Source of the DNA: a phage
Assembly: GCA_025830695.1 (NCBI GenBank)
Contig: GCA_025830695.1_4111.1
Length of the DNA stretch: 64,000 bases
Direction: 5' to 3' (one strand)
Part shown: positions 37,712-49,512 of the stretch, piece by piece
How the letters are laid out: each line of letters opens with the position of its first letter
Position numbering within the stretch: position 1 is the stretch's first letter
Made by a program: the position numbers and the translations under genes
The notes under the pieces: generated by a model
Database searches by the model: none
Told to the model about the DNA's origin: nothing
The model's input: the letters and a program-made list of their open reading frames with translations, nothing else

Positions 37712-38163
37712 AAATTGATAATTTGATTCATGTTTTAGGATCTTTACATAAAATATTATCACATCTACATGAGATAAAGAAACTGGGATTTAACATCTCA
37801 AATTCAATTGAAACTACATTTAAATATCAATCAATTACTGGTGATGGTTATTACATAATCGAATATACTTATGAAACCGATCCAGACTTCTATCCTCTTA
37901 CGTTGAGAATTTATCCAACAAATCCGAGAGGAATTCACGACATATCATCAATTTCACTTGATCCAGATGGTGAAACGAGTATTGAATACAATAATGATTC
38001 AAAACCAGAATTTTACATTGATGATATTAAAATGATGTTCAACGATGAATATGTTTTCCAACAAAGTACTGTGCATGATGTTGGAAGTACTAATGGACAA
38101 TTTTGGAATACATGTTATTATCATATGATTGAAATTTGTAAATTACTAAAAGGTGATGAATAA
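37708..38163 (+). CDS. EE-FFQ-S family small protein (paralogue 9)
   Basis: NDEYVFQQSTVHDVGST. Confidence 0.55.
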   Translation: MKIDNLIHVLGSLHKILSHLHEIKKLGFNISNSIETTFKYQSITGDGYYIIEYTYETDPDFYPLTLRIYPTNPRGIHDISSISLDPDGETSIEYNNDSKPEFYIDDIKMMFNDEYVFQQSTVHDVGSTNGQFWNTCYYHMIEICKLLKGDE

Positions 38164-38546
38164 TGAAATACTGCATTGAAGTACATTACACTACAGGGGA
38201 CACTGAAACTGAAGATTCAGTTACCAATACATTGGATGTTCAATGGGAATCAAAGGATGAGGCAGTTGTAGCATTACAGTCTTTGAAAGAGCATTGGGTA
38301 TTCTTTAAGAAACTCGATGATGCATATAGTAACGAACGTGCTACAATAATCGATGAAGCCAAACATAAAGAATGGTTTGATCCAATGTCATGTGAATTCT
38401 CTTTCTTTGTAAAAATTGGAGATGAAAAAATCCCAGTACGTACACCGTGGAACGGCTACTTTGAAACTCTTCATAATGCACGAGTTGTCGCTGTTGATAA
38501 TCCTGAACAAATCGATTTCGATTCATTGGACTGGAAAAAACTATGA
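38163..38546 (+). CDS. hypothetical protein
   Basis: 127-aa ORF. Confidence 0.5.
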   Translation: MKYCIEVHYTTGDTETEDSVTNTLDVQWESKDEAVVALQSLKEHWVFFKKLDDAYSNERATIIDEAKHKEWFDPMSCEFSFFVKIGDEKIPVRTPWNGYFETLHNARVVAVDNPEQIDFDSLDWKKL

Positions 38547-38986
38547 CAGTACTGCACCAATTGAAGAAGGTTAAGCATCCAGTTGTATATGAGGACTGGA
38601 AACGTCAGAAGCTGATGGGTGATTTTTATTTCCCAAAATCTAAAGTACTAGCAACGTCAAAAGCTATATACTTGAAATATAAGGATGAAGATTGTTTGTG
38701 TATTCAAATGGGATTCCATCCTAAAGTTGGTTTGTTTACAACAAATCAAACATTTTATAAATTTAGAATTCAAAAAGATACATTTAGTATTCATATCGAA
38801 AAACATGATGTACAAGATACAATTTATCGTGTGGAAAGTGAGCCTTTGAATCTTGTTGAGATCCCGTACAATAATTTAGAAGAAATGTACTTTCAGCAGT
38901 TGACAATACAAGAAGACTTTGGTATGATAGGACTTCAAGAGTTAGAGATGATTAAACAAATTCGTGATATCTACTTTAAGGAGTAA
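38543..38986 (+). CDS. EE-FFQ-S family small protein (paralogue 10, divergent)
   Basis: LEEMYFQQLTIQEDFGMIGLQE. Confidence 0.5.
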   Translation: MTVLHQLKKVKHPVVYEDWKRQKLMGDFYFPKSKVLATSKAIYLKYKDEDCLCIQMGFHPKVGLFTTNQTFYKFRIQKDTFSIHIEKHDVQDTIYRVESEPLNLVEIPYNNLEEMYFQQLTIQEDFGMIGLQELEMIKQIRDIYFKE

Positions 38987-39146
38987 CTATGCCAGTACGT
39001 AACAGTACTTCACGCTTTACGCTTCAACAGAAAGCAGATCTTTTGAATATGGCAAACAAAGATTCTAATTTTCACTATCTAGTGCTCGGTGGGTCAGTAG
39101 AAAAGATTGACCTACGTGAGTGTATGAAATAACAAAAGGGGCTAAA

Positions 39147-39317
39147 ATGAGTCTACGTGAATCATGGGAACAATTTAAAGAAGAGATTGGTTATCGTGGT
39201 GTTAAGATTGAACCAATCAATCGTACTGAAAGCATCAAAGCTAGTACTAATGGTACTACCTATGATCGTTATGATGAAAAGTATGGTTTACATTCTAAAC
39301 CAAAGGATACTGAGTAA
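39147..39317 (+). CDS. hypothetical small protein
   Basis: internal ATG of track ORF 39120..39317 with AAGGGG RBS. Confidence 0.4.
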   Translation: MSLRESWEQFKEEIGYRGVKIEPINRTESIKASTNGTTYDRYDEKYGLHSKPKDTE

Positions 39318-39456
39318 TGGTGTATACTAATATTTTTACTGGTATTATGCGTAAATTTATTAATGGTACTGGATACGTATCTAATGATAACGGTAGTACA
39401 TGGGTAAAAAATAATACGTCTGAATCTTTAGTAAAAAGTCTTCCGTATTATAAAGC

Positions 39457-39485
39457 TTGACACATGAAAATGGAGTATATATAAT
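39457..39485 (+). promoter_or_regulatory. sigma-70-like promoter (TTGACA-17-TATAAT)
   Basis: hexamers read directly. Confidence 0.6.
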
Positions 39486-39517
39486 ACTCCTATATTAATT
39501 AAACGAGGATATACGAA

Positions 39518-40090
39518 ATGGCTGGTGTTGATAAAATTTGTGAATTCAGTTCAGATTATGAAGGTTACGAGATGTACAAGTCCAAGCGTAATCACATTCA
39601 AGTACTGTCAAAGTACCGTAAAGAATTCAGAGGCCACAAAGCAACATTGTATGTTTTTGAGAATGGATATTCTGAAGTTTTTACAAGTGGTGGGTACAGT
39701 ACAGCTAACATGGCACATATCAACCCAAACCCAACTGAAGATGATTGGAATAGTGGTAACGCTTTTCGTATTTCAATTTTGAATAAAATGAATCGTTACG
39801 ACCGTTATTGTACATTCTTTGAAAATATTTCAGAATACAAGCAAGCATTAAAGAAATATAATCAACGCTTACTAATGAATTATGATTACATTCTTCATGT
39901 GCCAACTGTTCCAGGTCAGGTTAATGGTCTGTATACGAATAGTACACATGATTTAACTGCGGTGAAGCGTCGCCTCAAACGTATGTTGGGTTGTCGTAAT
40001 TTAACAATCAAGGTTGTGCGTAATGAATCAATGTATAACTTTTTAGATGTACTACACTACACATTGAAGGATAATAATGGAAACGATTAA
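39518..40090 (+). CDS. hypothetical protein
   Basis: 190-aa ORF with GAGGA RBS. Confidence 0.5.
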   Translation: MAGVDKICEFSSDYEGYEMYKSKRNHIQVLSKYRKEFRGHKATLYVFENGYSEVFTSGGYSTANMAHINPNPTEDDWNSGNAFRISILNKMNRYDRYCTFFENISEYKQALKKYNQRLLMNYDYILHVPTVPGQVNGLYTNSTHDLTAVKRRLKRMLGCRNLTIKVVRNESMYNFLDVLHYTLKDNNGND

Positions 40091-40274
40091 GTTTATGTTT
40101 GAGGTGTTTGTTGCATTCATCTTATGTGCTGTGTCTATTACTATTGCTTTAATCCCAGTAATCGTTTACCAAGTTAATGGTGGGACAGATCCAACAATTG
40201 ATATTTTACTTCGTTGTTTCGGGTTTTTTATATGGTTGGCGATGTTTATGTACTACATGCATCTTGAGGATTGA
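40077..40274 (+). CDS. small membrane protein
   Basis: 65-aa hydrophobic ORF. Confidence 0.45.
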   Translation: METIKFMFEVFVAFILCAVSITIALIPVIVYQVNGGTDPTIDILLRCFGFFIWLAMFMYYMHLED

Positions 40275-41107
40275 TTATGTCATTAGAAAAAATAATCATT
40301 TCTGAATTCCGAAAGTATATCATGGATTGTGATAGAGATGTACAGCGTAAGTTCAATGAGTACCTTGACAAATATCCGTATTTGATGTTTAATCCGTTTG
40401 AAACTGATGATGATTTATATCTTGGTTTTTACATAGGATTTACTCAACGAATTCTTCATAAAGATGAAATGAAACAATCTGAGATTTGGGTAGAAACTGA
40501 CTCATCCGAGTCTAATGTTTTTTATCTTTATACATATTATGCCGAAATTGTTAGAGATACGACACCTGATGGTTGTCTATTTGTACAATCTTCTGATATT
40601 GAAAGAATATATATCGAACCTGTATCTTTAGATATGGTTGCACAGCTTCCAACTATCCAACAGTTAGGTGCAGACGAATTAACTTATTCTGTATTTGAAT
40701 ATCTAGGTAGAGATGATTTGACTCAAGAAATTGATAAAATGGTTTCTAAATATACTTCATCACTTATTTCGAATGGTAAACTTAAATTAGAATTAATTTT
40801 TGAAGATACTAGTATTAATCCAGTAAGAGGGGTTACAATTGGAAAAGTTACCATACGTGTTGTTTACGATAATGAAGTACTAGGATATATTTCAAAACGT
40901 GGACATGATTTATGTATAATTAGTACATTCGTTATTTCTCGTAAAAAATGGAATGATTTAATGCAAAAAATCGTGGACGGCAGTAAAATTCGTGATATAA
41001 TATGTAATGACATGGTAATTATGAATCCTGATGTTGACTGTGATGTATATTTTCCAGTTCCTGGATTTACACGAGAAAACTTTAGTAAATTGAAGGATAC
41101 GAAATGA
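40271..41107 (+). CDS. hypothetical protein
   Basis: 278-aa ORF. Confidence 0.5.
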   Translation: MIMSLEKIIISEFRKYIMDCDRDVQRKFNEYLDKYPYLMFNPFETDDDLYLGFYIGFTQRILHKDEMKQSEIWVETDSSESNVFYLYTYYAEIVRDTTPDGCLFVQSSDIERIYIEPVSLDMVAQLPTIQQLGADELTYSVFEYLGRDDLTQEIDKMVSKYTSSLISNGKLKLELIFEDTSINPVRGVTIGKVTIRVVYDNEVLGYISKRGHDLCIISTFVISRKKWNDLMQKIVDGSKIRDIICNDMVIMNPDVDCDVYFPVPGFTRENFSKLKDTK

Positions 41108-41394
41108 AAATTTTAGAAGTCTTGCTAGAAAAAGATGCATCTGGTACTCTTTATGTTGGTAATGAGTTCAGTCCAGATCCAATTGATATGTTACAGAGAA
41201 TCCAAACACTGACTCAAAACATCTCGGTTAAAAAACCGTTTCAGAAAGAATTGGAAATCTTTTGTGATAAAGATATTGAACAGCATGATAATGTGATTTC
41301 AGATATTAAAAGTCTATTGACAAAAAATGGTTATGTAGAGTATAATCCTCCTATCGTAATCGTTATTCCAGACTTCATGAAAGGAACAATCTAA
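41104..41394 (+). CDS. hypothetical protein Confidence 0.45.
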   Translation: MKILEVLLEKDASGTLYVGNEFSPDPIDMLQRIQTLTQNISVKKPFQKELEIFCDKDIEQHDNVISDIKSLLTKNGYVEYNPPIVIVIPDFMKGTI

Positions 41395-41663
41395 TGACTA
41401 AAGACGAAATGAAATCTCGCTTAAGCGAACTGAAGAAAGAACGTAAACTAGTACGTTTAGACTGGGATATCCTTAACAGGAAAGATGAGCAATCATATGC
41501 TAACTGGAGTTCTGATAAAGTACGAAATGACCGTTCTAAAGAAGATGCAAAGCAATTCATGGCATTATCGAAGCGACTATCATCTTTGAACAGTGAAATT
41601 ACTGGCCTTCAGAAAGAGATCATTTCCATTCTTAAAGCGGAGATTGAATCACTCTATGAATAA
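41394..41663 (+). CDS. hypothetical protein Confidence 0.45.
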   Translation: MTKDEMKSRLSELKKERKLVRLDWDILNRKDEQSYANWSSDKVRNDRSKEDAKQFMALSKRLSSLNSEITGLQKEIISILKAEIESLYE

Positions 41664-41952
41664 ACATGAAGTAATTCATTTTGATGATAAGATCTATATT
41701 CCAAATATTGATAGTACTGAAACATATTACCTAATCAATAAGATTATGGCTGAAACAAATACGTGTTGTCGTCAACAGCCAGGAAAATATGAGTTCAGTC
41801 AGACTATTGGTTATTACCGATATGATATGTTAGAATCATTTACAATTGATAAGTCTAAAGTTATTGACATTCTTGTACAGAATGGATATAATGAACAACG
41901 TGTAAATGATACAGATTTACCAGTTTCAAAAATTGTTCTTTCTAATAATTAA
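41656..41952 (+). CDS. hypothetical protein
   Basis: internal ATG of track ORF 41593..41952. Confidence 0.4.
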   Translation: MNKHEVIHFDDKIYIPNIDSTETYYLINKIMAETNTCCRQQPGKYEFSQTIGYYRYDMLESFTIDKSKVIDILVQNGYNEQRVNDTDLPVSKIVLSNN

Positions 41953-41955
41953 AAA

Positions 41956-41984
41956 TTGGACAAGAACAGATATTGTGATATAAT
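41956..41984 (+). promoter_or_regulatory. sigma-70-like promoter (TTGGAC-17-TATAAT) Confidence 0.45.
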
Positions 41985-42067
41985 GTTTGTTATCGGCAGA
42001 TATTAAAATGCAAACCATTCCTCAATGATGAGGGTTTTTCATAAAAAAGAAATAAAAGGGTATTAAA

Positions 42068-42277
42068 ATGGCTAAAGAAACTAACGCACAAGTACTAGAT
42101 ATCACCGACTTCGACCGCACTGTGAACTACATTCAATTCCAGATTCATCAAGCAGAAGAAGCTCTAGCAGTATTCCACGGTACTGGTGCAAGGCCAATCC
42201 GTTTTGCTCACTTGATTGCATGGAAGAAAAGTCTTCAAGAAGAACTATCTGAACTGCGTAAAGCAAATCGTAAGTAA
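42068..42277 (+). CDS. hypothetical protein Confidence 0.45.
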   Translation: MAKETNAQVLDITDFDRTVNYIQFQIHQAEEALAVFHGTGARPIRFAHLIAWKKSLQEELSELRKANRK

Positions 42278-42287
42278 TTTATCTTAC

Positions 42288-42315
42288 CGCCTCATCATTT
42301 TTGATGGGGCATTTT
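42288..42315 (+). terminator. rho-independent terminator (imperfect stem) Confidence 0.4.
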
Positions 42316-42342
42316 AATCATATAAAGTAAGAGGATTTATAA

Positions 42343-42849
42343 ATGAGTGTTGAATATTGGTTTTTATTTGTGTGTATTGGTACACTTGCATTAATCACCA
42401 TTGGATTGATTTTCAATACCATGATTAGTGGAAGTAAGTACTTTAAGACATTCCAACTTTTAATGTCTGCTATGCCATATAGTGCTGATGCCGAAAAAAC
42501 AATTTCTCTAATTTTAGATAAGTTCGATGCAAATCTTTTGGTGGCTAAAATTTCAGCATGTGATACAAATATTTCATTCTACTCGGTAGACACGGATCTA
42601 GATGGAATTGATACACAATACTCAAATCCAGTAGTTGCTGAAATTTTCATTGGTTCAAAATATTATGCATATGGATATGTAAGAAAATATTATTCAGAAG
42701 CAAAAGCTGAGTTGACGAAGAAGCGACCATCAATAAAAACTTTAAAACGCATCATTGCGTTGGAAAAATCACTTCGTGGTCAAACAAGCGTTAATGAGCC
42801 ACCATCAGTGATTAAATCCAAAAAAAGTAATGTTGTGGAGTTGGAGTAA
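42343..42849 (+). CDS. membrane-anchored hypothetical protein
   Basis: N-terminal TM helix. Confidence 0.5.
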   Translation: MSVEYWFLFVCIGTLALITIGLIFNTMISGSKYFKTFQLLMSAMPYSADAEKTISLILDKFDANLLVAKISACDTNISFYSVDTDLDGIDTQYSNPVVAEIFIGSKYYAYGYVRKYYSEAKAELTKKRPSIKTLKRIIALEKSLRGQTSVNEPPSVIKSKKSNVVELE

Positions 42850-43139
42850 TGGAACCAGAAAAATCAAGAAAAATTCTTATTGATGTCCAAACTAAATTAC
42901 TAGATATTATGGAAATCATCAATGAGTTACCACAGGGTTATCAGTACAAAGTTCGTGAAATGTTATCTTGTGCCGAAACCGTTGTTTCTATGTACGATGA
43001 TATTCAACATGGTATTATCCCTGATATTCTCAAAGATGACGTAAATATTAACACTGAGGTAAAAGAAACTAAATTAGAATCAGAAACAGTATCTAATAAA
43101 AAAGTTCTAGACCTTAGTGGTATAAAAATTAATATCTAA
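42849..43139 (+). CDS. hypothetical protein Confidence 0.45.
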   Translation: MEPEKSRKILIDVQTKLLDIMEIINELPQGYQYKVREMLSCAETVVSMYDDIQHGIIPDILKDDVNINTEVKETKLESETVSNKKVLDLSGIKINI

Positions 43140-43161
43140 AAAACATCCAATAGGAGAAGTA

Positions 43162-43311
43162 ATGAGTAATCAAAAAATCGACTTAGTAGTAAAACTTCAA
43201 GAGATTCAAGCACTAGCTAAAGACCTTGATAACACACGTGCATCAGTAGTTGATTCACTATGTGCAACAATCCTGACTGTTTTTACAGATTACGAAAAGA
43301 AATCTGATTAA
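43162..43311 (+). CDS. small hypothetical protein (49 aa)
   Basis: not in track (below size cut-off); ATG with AGGAGAAG RBS, followed by a terminator. Confidence 0.4.
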   Translation: MSNQKIDLVVKLQEIQALAKDLDNTRASVVDSLCATILTVFTDYEKKSD

Positions 43312-43325
43312 ACGTTACTTTGTAA

Positions 43326-43352
43326 ATACCCAGTCAAGTACTGGGTATTTTT
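43326..43352 (+). terminator. rho-independent terminator
   Basis: ATACCCAGT-CAAGT-ACTGGGTAT + T7. Confidence 0.7.
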
Positions 43353-43365
43353 TTAAGGAAATAAA

Positions 43366-43758
43366 ATGACTGAATCAGAACTACACGAAATGATAGATTT
43401 CATTTATGAAATGGTACAAGATAAAAATAACATCAATACAATTGCATCAGGCCCAAGACAAATTGGTAACCAAATAACATATTCTTTGTCCTTATGGTTA
43501 CACCCGTGCATTAAGGTTGATTGTTTGTATTTCCGTCCTGATATTGATGCTTATTATTTTGTCAATCATGATGCATTAATGAAACCACATAATCGTCCAG
43601 TTGATGATACCTTTGTGACACACCCATTTTACCTGGCTGATTCCGAAGAAGATGAGTTTCAAAAGAACACAACGTTAAGCCCAGGTGAAATTTGCATCCC
43701 TTACGTACTTAAAGATAAAATGAATCACATCACAGAAGTTATGAAAACATGCTGGTAG
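43366..43758 (+). CDS. EE-FFQ-S family small protein (paralogue 11, divergent)
   Basis: SEEDEFQKNTTL. Confidence 0.45.
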   Translation: MTESELHEMIDFIYEMVQDKNNINTIASGPRQIGNQITYSLSLWLHPCIKVDCLYFRPDIDAYYFVNHDALMKPHNRPVDDTFVTHPFYLADSEEDEFQKNTTLSPGEICIPYVLKDKMNHITEVMKTCW

Positions 43759-43806
43759 ATGCAATGAAACTCTGATATAATACAAATAATGATAATAGGA
43801 GGATAT

Positions 43807-44025
43807 ATGAAATTTATTGATTTTGATATTTCTAAGGCCAAAGAATTATTTGTAAGAAATGAAGTTTATGATATCATGTTACATAACGGCACTGTACAAG
43901 AAGATGTTGTGTTGTTTTCGTTTGATGGTGAAAATCTCGAAACTATATATAAATTCAGCAACTTAGATGGTGACTTTTGGGAAACCAGTGCTGTTAAAAT
44001 GTATAGAATTAAAAAGGAGCATTAA
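43807..44025 (+). CDS. hypothetical protein
   Basis: internal ATG of track ORF 43789..44025 with AGGAGG RBS. Confidence 0.45.
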   Translation: MKFIDFDISKAKELFVRNEVYDIMLHNGTVQEDVVLFSFDGENLETIYKFSNLDGDFWETSAVKMYRIKKEH

Positions 44026-44026
44026 C

Positions 44027-44515
44027 ATGCCAATTCGTGGTGTACCAGAACCATTAATGGAAGTTATTAAGCATGTTCGCATTGGAGATCGAGAAGTTAA
44101 TCTTCGCCGTAATAACATTTATTACTTTAAAACTTCAGAAATGAGTTCTGTACAGATTGTCATTGGTACATCTATTAAGATTACTCGTGTACTTGATGGT
44201 AGTACTGACTTCGTTGAATATAATGTACTTACTAATAAAGTAACGCATATATATAAATGGAGTGGGTATAAAACTATTAAGTATGAATTTGACTTAGCTA
44301 GAACTGAAGAAGAACGATTTATGCTGAGTACTATCAATCCAGCAAACTATCCCGATCTTGATGCATTTTTGCTAATTTTAAAATTGTATAATGAAGCAAA
44401 TCAGAAAGCTAAAGAGTATGATAGAATCATGTATGAACGCCGAAAAGAACGTGCACAAAAAAGTTATGATCTGTATGATAGCCCATACGTGAAATATAGT
44501 AAGGGGTCGAAATGA
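44027..44515 (+). CDS. EE-FFQ-S family small protein (paralogue 12, divergent)
   Basis: TEEERFMLSTINP; internal ATG of track ORF 43967..44515 with AGGAG RBS. Confidence 0.45.
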   Translation: MPIRGVPEPLMEVIKHVRIGDREVNLRRNNIYYFKTSEMSSVQIVIGTSIKITRVLDGSTDFVEYNVLTNKVTHIYKWSGYKTIKYEFDLARTEEERFMLSTINPANYPDLDAFLLILKLYNEANQKAKEYDRIMYERRKERAQKSYDLYDSPYVKYSKGSK

Positions 44516-44916
44516 ATAAAGAAGTTCAAATTATCATAACTCCACCTATACAAAGTCTGGATGTATCCATTAGTGATTTTTTGGAAAAATACTATGAATG
44601 GTTTAATGAAGATTCAGTAATTTATAACCATTCATTACCAGATGGTTTCGTGGAGCTTATCGAATTAAATTCAAAATCACTATACTTCTGTGTTGAATAC
44701 AATGATTATATGACAGATGAAGCTTATCGCTTTCGTTGTACATTGTATCCGAATTATTTTTCAATAGGTTATAAAGATTACCAGTACTGTACCACTAACT
44801 ATAGTGTTGAGGAAGAATTTCAGTACAATTTACTTTATCCTGATTTAGATTATACGATTGCAGTACTGTTGACTAAAATCATGGATTTTTATAAAGATAA
44901 ATATAATGCAGCCTAA
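44512..44916 (+). CDS. EE-FFQ-S family small protein (paralogue 13, divergent)
   Basis: VEEEFQYNLLYPDLD. Confidence 0.4.
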   Translation: MNKEVQIIITPPIQSLDVSISDFLEKYYEWFNEDSVIYNHSLPDGFVELIELNSKSLYFCVEYNDYMTDEAYRFRCTLYPNYFSIGYKDYQYCTTNYSVEEEFQYNLLYPDLDYTIAVLLTKIMDFYKDKYNAA

Positions 44917-45091
44917 GACATTTGATGAGTGGTTTAATCTACACTATAATATAAATGCAGCAGATATATACTATTTTAAGCTTGAATTGTATATATCATT
45001 GCGTAACCCAATTGAGTACTATAACAACATTATCAATTGTGATGATTTTGGTACATATTTTAGTATAGCCGTTATGGATATTAAGAGATGA
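44906..45091 (+). CDS. hypothetical protein Confidence 0.4.
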   Translation: MQPKTFDEWFNLHYNINAADIYYFKLELYISLRNPIEYYNNIINCDDFGTYFSIAVMDIKR

Positions 45092-45267
45092 CACATGAAG
45101 AATGGATGGCAATGATGAAAAAACGTTATGACCAGTTTGGAAATGGATTTATTGATGGTCATTTCGATATTTTACGAGACAAATATAAGTTCGAATCATA
45201 TGTACTAGATGAGAATGGAAATCGTTGGTTCATCTATGAGCTTGCGGTTAGAGACAAAAAAATATAA
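45088..45267 (+). CDS. MTHEEW-family small protein (copy A)
   Basis: not in track; MTHEEWMAMMKKRYDQFGNG...; ATGA overlap with upstream stop. Confidence 0.45.
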   Translation: MTHEEWMAMMKKRYDQFGNGFIDGHFDILRDKYKFESYVLDENGNRWFIYELAVRDKKI

Positions 45268-45279
45268 TAACCTTTTCCA

Positions 45280-45345
45280 TTGTCCATTGCAATGCTTTCT
45301 TTACAGAAGAATAAATGAAACACTTAATTGAACTGGATACATAAA
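45280..45345 (+). pseudogene. decayed 3' remnant of a 45648..45863-like gene
   Basis: about 60 nt closely similar to the 3' end of ORF 45648..45863, with an in-frame stop. Confidence 0.45.
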
Positions 45346-45522
45346 ATGACACATGAAGAATGGATAGAGTCACTAAAATATAAACATGATCATTTTGGAT
45401 TTGGTATACGCCAAGGCCATTATGATGTTTTGAACGATAAAAAAACGTTCGAATCATTGGTTTTGGACGAAGATTCCAACCACTGGTTCATCTACGAGCT
45501 TGCTATTAGAGATAAAAAATAG
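45346..45522 (+). CDS. MTHEEW-family small protein (copy B)
   Basis: internal ATG of track ORF 45328..45522. Confidence 0.5.
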   Translation: MTHEEWIESLKYKHDHFGFGIRQGHYDVLNDKKTFESLVLDEDSNHWFIYELAIRDKK

Positions 45523-45527
45523 TAAGA

Positions 45528-45863
<336 letters not shown>

Positions 45864-45864
45864 A

Positions 45865-46047
45865 ATGACACACGAAGAATGGATGTCCAAACAGCATAAA
45901 GAACATGACTGCTTTGGGAATGGCATTCGTCAGGTACATTATGATATATTAAGAGATGAAAATCTTTTCAGGTCATATGTTTTGGATACCAGAAAACCCT
46001 GGTTTATATGCGAACTGGCATTTAGAAAGTCAAATAATCAAAACTAA
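45865..46047 (+). CDS. MTHEEW-family small protein (copy C)
   Basis: internal ATG of track ORF 45847..46047. Confidence 0.5.
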   Translation: MTHEEWMSKQHKEHDCFGNGIRQVHYDILRDENLFRSYVLDTRKPWFICELAFRKSNNQN

Positions 46048-46063
46048 ACAAGGAATACAAAAA

Positions 46064-46282
46064 ATGGAAACAACTTTATTTGAAGTTATTCAATCATTAA
46101 AACCTGAAGATGAGGTTCAAGTACTACTACATGGTTATCGTGTAAAAGGTACTGTGGTTTTAGTCAATGATACAACATTGGTTATTACAGAAACAAACCC
46201 ATATGATAGTAATCAACTTGCCAATATCCATATCGATATCACTGGAATTATTGGTGTCGGTGTATCTAAAACACTTGCATAA
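46064..46282 (+). CDS. hypothetical protein
   Basis: internal ATG of track ORF 45956..46282 with AAGGAAT RBS. Confidence 0.45.
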   Translation: METTLFEVIQSLKPEDEVQVLLHGYRVKGTVVLVNDTTLVITETNPYDSNQLANIHIDITGIIGVGVSKTLA

Positions 46283-46335
46283 ATCATTAATTCATTATAT
46301 AATGATTATCACTGGTTCTAGATGAGGATAATATT

Positions 46336-46608
46336 ATGCATTTTGAAAAATTCAACGTAAATCGTAACACACGCATTGAAGTTCTTTATGAAACTCAAGA
46401 CACCATTAGTATTCGTACAAGTAGTGGGGATGTATATCATGACTGTACGATTGGCTGGGAACAGGGAAGGACGCGTAGTGCAGTATTTGATAATTATCGC
46501 TTTTATCAAGGAGACACTACGATTTGGCCTGAATACGTAGAAGATATTGCGTTTGAAGATGAACATAAAGATGAATTTATCAAATTTAATCCTCAAACTG
46601 AATCATAA
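46336..46608 (+). CDS. hypothetical protein Confidence 0.45.
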   Translation: MHFEKFNVNRNTRIEVLYETQDTISIRTSSGDVYHDCTIGWEQGRTRSAVFDNYRFYQGDTTIWPEYVEDIAFEDEHKDEFIKFNPQTES

Positions 46609-46612
46609 ATAA

Positions 46613-46742
<130 letters not shown>

Positions 46743-46745
46743 AAT

Positions 46746-46846
<101 letters not shown>

Positions 46847-46848
46847 CA

Positions 46849-47009
<161 letters not shown>

Positions 47010-47013
<4 letters not shown>

Positions 47014-47170
47014 CACATGAAGAATGGATGAATGACATTAATTTTAGATATTCGGGTATCGGTAAATGGCTAAAGTATCATTGGGAATTCATTTCAGAGC
47101 CACATCTGTATGATAAACTTATCAACGATCCAGCATATGAAATGTACTTAATTGAACTACTGGTACGATT

Positions 47171-47174
<4 letters not shown>
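47010..47174 (+). CDS. MTHEEW-family small protein (copy E)
   Basis: near-identical to copy D over the first third; ATGA-coupled. Confidence 0.45.
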
Positions 47175-47336
<162 letters not shown>

Positions 47337-47344
47337 AAAAAAAG

Positions 47345-47758
<414 letters not shown>

Positions 47759-47815
47759 CTAAATAATTCAGTACTGAGGATATTAATATGTTTAAAGATG
47801 AACGTCCAGATTTGT

Positions 47816-47853
<38 letters not shown>

Positions 47854-47857
47854 GAAT

Positions 47858-48201
47858 TCCACAATCAGACGTATATGGTGTAAGTTACGTCGATGCAATC
47901 CAGAACAAGATCTCTGGTACTCTAGGAAGTGGTGAATGTTAACCTAGACGGGTTTGATAATTGGACGATAGGCAATTATTACTTGACTAGCAGGTTTAAA
48001 CTAGAGGTGACTATCCTTCACCAAACTGGAAAACCGGATGGACTTTTATTTAAAAGGGTAAGGCGTGGAAATATGTTTACAGAAGTTGCTTTTAGTAGCC
48101 TGTACGCCCCACGTCAAGGTAGCCGAAAGGCAAGTTAAGACGGGTGGTTATAAAGCTGAATTAACAGCGGCGTTTAAAAGCGTCACCATCCATTTTTTTT
48201 T
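47858..48201 (+). ncRNA. candidate structured non-coding RNA
   Basis: ORF-poor, GC-richer stretch between a promoter and a hairpin + T-run; long-range complementarity (GGTGAA...TTCACC), GAAA tetraloop CCGAAAGG. Confidence 0.35.
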
Positions 48202-48217
48202 AATTAAAGTTGGTGAT

Positions 48218-49027
<810 letters not shown>

Positions 49028-49051
49028 ACGAAATTACAATAGGAAATTAAA

Positions 49052-49237
49052 ATGCAACTTTTAATTCTTTCAATATTGTATATTATTATAATGGTTCCGA
49101 TATCAATACGTTTAATTACACTTGAACGATTTTTATCGAAACATGGAAATAGATCTATGATCTTAGTACCAATCGGGCTTATATTGTTTGGTATTTTTGC
49201 ATTTATAATGGGAATTAACGCTACATTCATTTCATAG
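49052..49237 (+). CDS. small membrane protein
   Basis: 61-aa two-helix hydrophobic ORF. Confidence 0.45.
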   Translation: MQLLILSILYIIIMVPISIRLITLERFLSKHGNRSMILVPIGLILFGIFAFIMGINATFIS

Positions 49238-49246
49238 GAAACAAAT

Positions 49247-49504
<258 letters not shown>

Positions 49505-49512
49505 GAATTTAA

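Noticed and set aside
39518-40090. ADP-ribosyltransferase (ModA/ModB-like) assignment
   Set aside because: Size is compatible, but the R / S-T-S / E-x-E triad could not be located convincingly.
48065-48217. N-terminal extension of the track ORF 48065..48595
   Set aside because: The extension has no RBS and covers the hairpin + T-run of the candidate RNA; the internal ATG at 48218 is the likelier start.
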